Under the pieces are notes generated by a model. That model had not been told where the DNA came from, did no database searches, and saw only the letters and a list, made by a program, of their open reading frames with translations. Positions 58,492-64,000 of a DNA stretch of 64,000 bases are shown here, piece by piece. Source of the stretch: Gammaproteobacteria bacterium (GTDB lineage: Bacteria; Pseudomonadota; Gammaproteobacteria; Eutrophobiales; Eutrophobiaceae). The stretch's first letter is position 1. The number at the start of each line of letters is the position of its first letter. Location of the stretch: contig OZ244905.1 in the NCBI GenBank assembly GCA_965221695.1, positions 3,008,001-3,072,000 of the forward strand, in the 5' to 3' direction. The translations under genes were made by a program, and so were the position numbers.

Positions 58492-59070
58492 CTAACGCAG
58501 TAACGCTTGCACTTCACGTGACAATTGTTCGTCTGCGCCTCGAATCCATTCAAACAACACGGACTCTGAGTCGCAGATGATAATTCCTGCTCTACCCAGG
58601 CGCCGCAGCGCGGTTTCGTAGTTTTCCCTTTGCCGGGAACAGACCGCATCTGCTACCACGAACACCACGTATCCCCGATTATGCAGGTCCAGCGCCGTTT
58701 GCAAGATACAAACATGGGCTTCCATGCCCACCAAGATGGCCTGTTTTCTGTTGGTGGAGGTCAAATCCTCGGCCAAGTTATTGGCGCCCAGGCAGGAAAA
58801 AGTGGTTTTATTATAAAGATTGGCTGCCTGCGGCAACAGTTTATGAATTTCAGGCTCCATAATGCCCAACTCCTCGGGCGACCGTTCTGTAGCAAATATC
58901 GGCAGCGCCAGCCTGATAGCTGTATTAATCAGTAAGCTCGTATTGCGCTGCAGCCTGGCCAGGACTTTGATGGGCATCACTGCGGTCAGTTCAGTCTGGA
59001 TGTCGATAACCAGCAATACAGAATTCCCCGCATCACAAAGAGAGGTATAATTTTCAACTGCGGTTCGCAT
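58492..59070 (-). CDS. isochorismatase-family hydrolase
   Basis: LLVIDIQ, KTTFSC, GMEAHVCILQTALDL, DAVCSR. Confidence 0.88.
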   Translation of the reverse strand: MRTAVENYTSLCDAGNSVLLVIDIQTELTAVMPIKVLARLQRNTSLLINTAIRLALPIFATERSPEELGIMEPEIHKLLPQAANLYNKTTFSCLGANNLAEDLTSTNRKQAILVGMEAHVCILQTALDLHNRGYVVFVVADAVCSRQRENYETALRRLGRAGIIICDSESVLFEWIRGADEQLSREVQALLR

Positions 59071-59114
59071 GGTTTGTTAATCCAGCATGCCGGTTACAGG
59101 AAACAGCTTCCCCA

Positions 59115-60455
59115 TCAATTTAACCATCGATTTACCTGGAACAGGTCTTCCTCGGACAGGCTGCCCGAGGCCTGTTTCAGGCGCAACGTATCCAGCAGGT
59201 AGTCATAACGCGCCCGAGCGTAGTCCCGTCTGGCCTGGGACGTGGCGCGTTCCGCCGCGACGACGTCCACTGCAGTGCGAGTGCCCACATCAAAACCGGC
59301 CTCCGTGGCTTGCAACGCAGTCTCACTGGAGACCACGGCCTGCTTTAATGCGTTGACCTTGCTGATCCCCGAGATCACGCCCAGGTAAGCCTGGCGTGTC
59401 AGCCGCTGGGCATGTCTGCGCGCTTGTTCCAACCGTTCCAGCTCTGCGTTCAGGCGTTCATGGGTCTCCCTGACACGCGAGCTGACATAGCCTCCTTGGA
59501 ATATAGGGACGCGCAATTGCACCCCCACCGAAGAGGTCGTGCTTTCAACTGAGCCGAAACGGCCACCGGTTTCATCCAGGCTGTGGCGGGCAACCATGTC
59601 GAGTGTGGGCAGGTGGCCTGCCTGCTGGCGTTTGATTTCCCGGCGCGCGTTATTCACTGCGTGTTGCGCGGCAAGCACATCCAGGTTTTGTTCCAGCGCG
59701 GCGCCGGTCCAGGCTTCGATCTGCTCCGGTTCAGGCGCTAGCAAGGGCATGGTTTCCCCAAGGGGAGCCAAATCGGAAAAATAGGCGCCGGTAATCTCGC
59801 GCAAGGCTTCCTGGGTATTATCAACGTTGTTTCTTGCCTCAATTTCCGCGGCAAATGCCCGATCGTAACCGGCCTGTGCTTCCTGTACGTCTGTGATGGC
59901 GGTCAAACCTACGTCAAACCGTTGTTGCGCCTGGTCCAGTTGCCGACTCAGAGATTTTTTTTCGGCTTCGGCAAATCCCAGGTTGTCGTAGGCAGCCAGC
60001 GCCTCAAAATAAGCCGCGCCGGCGCGTAATATCAGGTCCTGTTCGGCTGCAATCAATTCCGCATCGGCCTGTTGTATCTGGTTGTCTGCTTGCAGGTAGC
60101 GGATAATCCGATCGCCCCGAAACAGGGGTTGGACCAGATCCAGGCTATAGCCGTGACTGCCGAAACTGACTTTGCCTTGCTGGCCGATGGGATTGAAAAT
60201 GCTGTCAATCTCCTGTTCATTGGTGAACGCGTTGGCGTTGAATGACAGGGATGGCAACAGTTGCGCCAAGGCCTGCGGCCGCTGTTCAAGGATCGCCCGT
60301 TTGGTTGCGGCAACCTGCCGGTATTGTGGATCGCTGTCCAGGGCGCGCCGATAGATTTCCAGCAAATCCACTGCGCCGGCGAACTCCGCGCAGGTCATCA
60401 GGAGCAAGACAGACAAGACTTTCTGGAAAGCCGTTTTGATTTGTTTCACTTTCAA
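59115..60455 (-). CDS. tolC: TolC-family outer membrane channel
   Basis: Signal peptide, DLLEIY..AL..DP, RFDVGLTAITDV.EA.A, AGHLPTL, GFDVGTRT.VDV. Confidence 0.92.
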   Translation of the reverse strand: MKVKQIKTAFQKVLSVLLLMTCAEFAGAVDLLEIYRRALDSDPQYRQVAATKRAILEQRPQALAQLLPSLSFNANAFTNEQEIDSIFNPIGQQGKVSFGSHGYSLDLVQPLFRGDRIIRYLQADNQIQQADAELIAAEQDLILRAGAAYFEALAAYDNLGFAEAEKKSLSRQLDQAQQRFDVGLTAITDVQEAQAGYDRAFAAEIEARNNVDNTQEALREITGAYFSDLAPLGETMPLLAPEPEQIEAWTGAALEQNLDVLAAQHAVNNARREIKRQQAGHLPTLDMVARHSLDETGGRFGSVESTTSSVGVQLRVPIFQGGYVSSRVRETHERLNAELERLEQARRHAQRLTRQAYLGVISGISKVNALKQAVVSSETALQATEAGFDVGTRTAVDVVAAERATSQARRDYARARYDYLLDTLRLKQASGSLSEEDLFQVNRWLN

Positions 60456-60488
60456 TCCGGATTTCAGTTTACTGCGTGATGCGGTGTT

Positions 60489-60806
60489 TCAATACCTGGG
60501 CATATCGTTATCGACGCGCTCAGCCCATGCGTCCAGTCCGCCTTCCAGGTTTACAATCTCCTTAAACCCCGATGCTTCGAGGGCAGCGCTTGCGTCCAGG
60601 CTGCGCATGCCGAAATGACAGAGGACGACGGTTTTTGTTTCCCGGTTCAGTTCATTCGAGCGTTGCGGGATTTCGTTCATGGGAATATTAACGGAACCGG
60701 GCAGGCGGCAGATTTCAAATTCCCAAGGGTCGCGCACATCAAGCAGGACAATCTTATCCCACTCAGGCTGTAACGCCGCCAGTTGTTCCACTGTGATAGT
60801 TTGCAT
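60489..60806 (-). CDS. single-domain rhodanese/sulfurtransferase
   Basis: LLDVR.PWE, CHFGMRS, NLEGG.DAW. Confidence 0.9.
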   Translation of the reverse strand: MQTITVEQLAALQPEWDKIVLLDVRDPWEFEICRLPGSVNIPMNEIPQRSNELNRETKTVVLCHFGMRSLDASAALEASGFKEIVNLEGGLDAWAERVDNDMPRY

Positions 60807-60846
60807 GTATCGCCTGTTCCGCTTAGTTTTTTGCTATTATAACCTA

Positions 60847-63021
<2,175 letters not shown>

Positions 63022-63034
63022 GAACAGGGACGTA

Positions 63035-64000
63035 GTGGTTGACTTCCAGTCATTGATTGCCGCCGCGCCTGATCCTGAAGCTGCGGCGCTCAGGCTCGAC
63101 AGGATGCGGCAGGATGCTGAACTGCGCGAGGAGATGGATCGGCTGCCGGCCTCCCTGGCGGTGGAACTCGTCAATATCATCGGTTATTCAAACTTCCTGT
63201 TCAATTATATCTGCCGGCATCCGCGCGCCATTCGGCTGCTGGGCGAGCCCTGTGAAATCAATCCGGCGCAAATGGACGGGATCCATGATGCTGAGGCTTT
63301 GCGCCGCTTCAAGTACGAACAACTGTTTAAGATAACCTGGATGGACCTGTCCGGCAGCTATCCTTATGAAATCGTGCTGGACAGGTTGAGTCTACTGGCC
63401 GATTTGATTCTCAACAAAGCTTTTGCCCTGAGCTTCAGCGGCGATGACGGCCACGCACTCAGGCAACATGTCTGCATCTTTGCCTTGGGAAAACTGGGCG
63501 CGGGAGAACTGAATTACAGTTCCGATGTCGACCTTATATTCGCCTGCAGCAACCATGATGAAGGCAGTGGAGTGAATTCTCATACATTGCAGGGGGCATT
63601 GACAAAAGGACTCCGTTCGTTCACCCGGATACTGGAAGAGACTACCCGCAGCGGTTTTTTATATCGGGTCGATCTGAAACTCCGGCCTTGGGGGAAGAGC
63701 GGCCCGCTGTTTCTGAGCGTGGATCAAACGGAGAATTATTATCAGACCAGCAATGAGGCATGGGAGAGGTTGACCTGGCTGCGCGCTCGATGTGTCGCGG
63801 GCAATGCGGAACTTGGCCGGGAGCTCCTGGCCAGGCTGCGCCCGTTCGTGTTCATACGCTCGATGAGCAGCGCAGACCTGGAGCGGTTTATTGACATCAA
63901 GGGAGAAATGGCCAGGGTGCGGGCGCGGTCTGGCCAGTGGCATGTCAAACTCGGCCGGGGAGGCATCAGGGATATCGAGTTTTTCGTGCAGATACTGCAA
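63035..64000 (+). CDS. glnE: glutamine synthetase adenylyltransferase/GlnE-like, N-terminal part (runs off the window; absent from the ORF track)
   Basis: My own translation from GTG 63035: FALGKLGAGELNYSSDVDLIF, YRVDLKLRPWG.SGPL, HVKLGRGGIRDIEFFVQILQ. Confidence 0.85.
   Translation, partial: MVDFQSLIAAAPDPEAAALRLDRMRQDAELREEMDRLPASLAVELVNIIGYSNFLFNYICRHPRAIRLLGEPCEINPAQMDGIHDAEALRRFKYEQLFKITWMDLSGSYPYEIVLDRLSLLADLILNKAFALSFSGDDGHALRQHVCIFALGKLGAGELNYSSDVDLIFACSNHDEGSGVNSHTLQGALTKGLRSFTRILEETTRSGFLYRVDLKLRPWGKSGPLFLSVDQTENYYQTSNEAWERLTWLRARCVAGNAELGRELLARLRPFVFIRSMSSADLERFIDIKGEMARVRARSGQWHVKLGRGGIRDIEFFVQILQ

Overview
Chromosomal window from a gammaproteobacterium, judged from the gltX/tRNA-Ala/tRNA-Glu, tRNA-Asn/aspC/uvrB and thrS-infC-rpmI-rplT-pheST-ihfA-merR-tRNA-Pro gene orders. 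A host-associated (e.g. sponge-symbiont) lifestyle is only a guess from Sel1, RTX, small coiled-coil and F420 genes. From left to right: (1) the tail of a lipid cluster with two NTP-transferases, its own lptFG pair, a metallophosphoesterase, a Tam41-like cytidylyltransferase and an LpxO-like hydroxylase, resembling bacterial sphingolipid loci; (2) cofD/cofE, a 3-hydroxyacyl-CoA dehydrogenase and gltX; (3) a ~27 kb, visibly more AT-rich surface-glycan region between tRNA-Glu and tRNA-Asn; (4) housekeeping genes up to a partial glnE. The glycan region holds wzm/wzt, a 1624-aa sulfotransferase/coiled-coil/2xGT/methyltransferase protein, an unusual small-peptide/methyltransferase/TagF-like/LtaS-like/YidC-paralogue module, rmlCBDA, wbpM-like and galU. 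At least four families of short non-coding palindromic or MITE-like elements occur in intergenic gaps. One family supplies gene stop codons, and one element sits where thiC normally has a TPP riboswitch. All family calls come from recognising motifs by eye; no database search was run.
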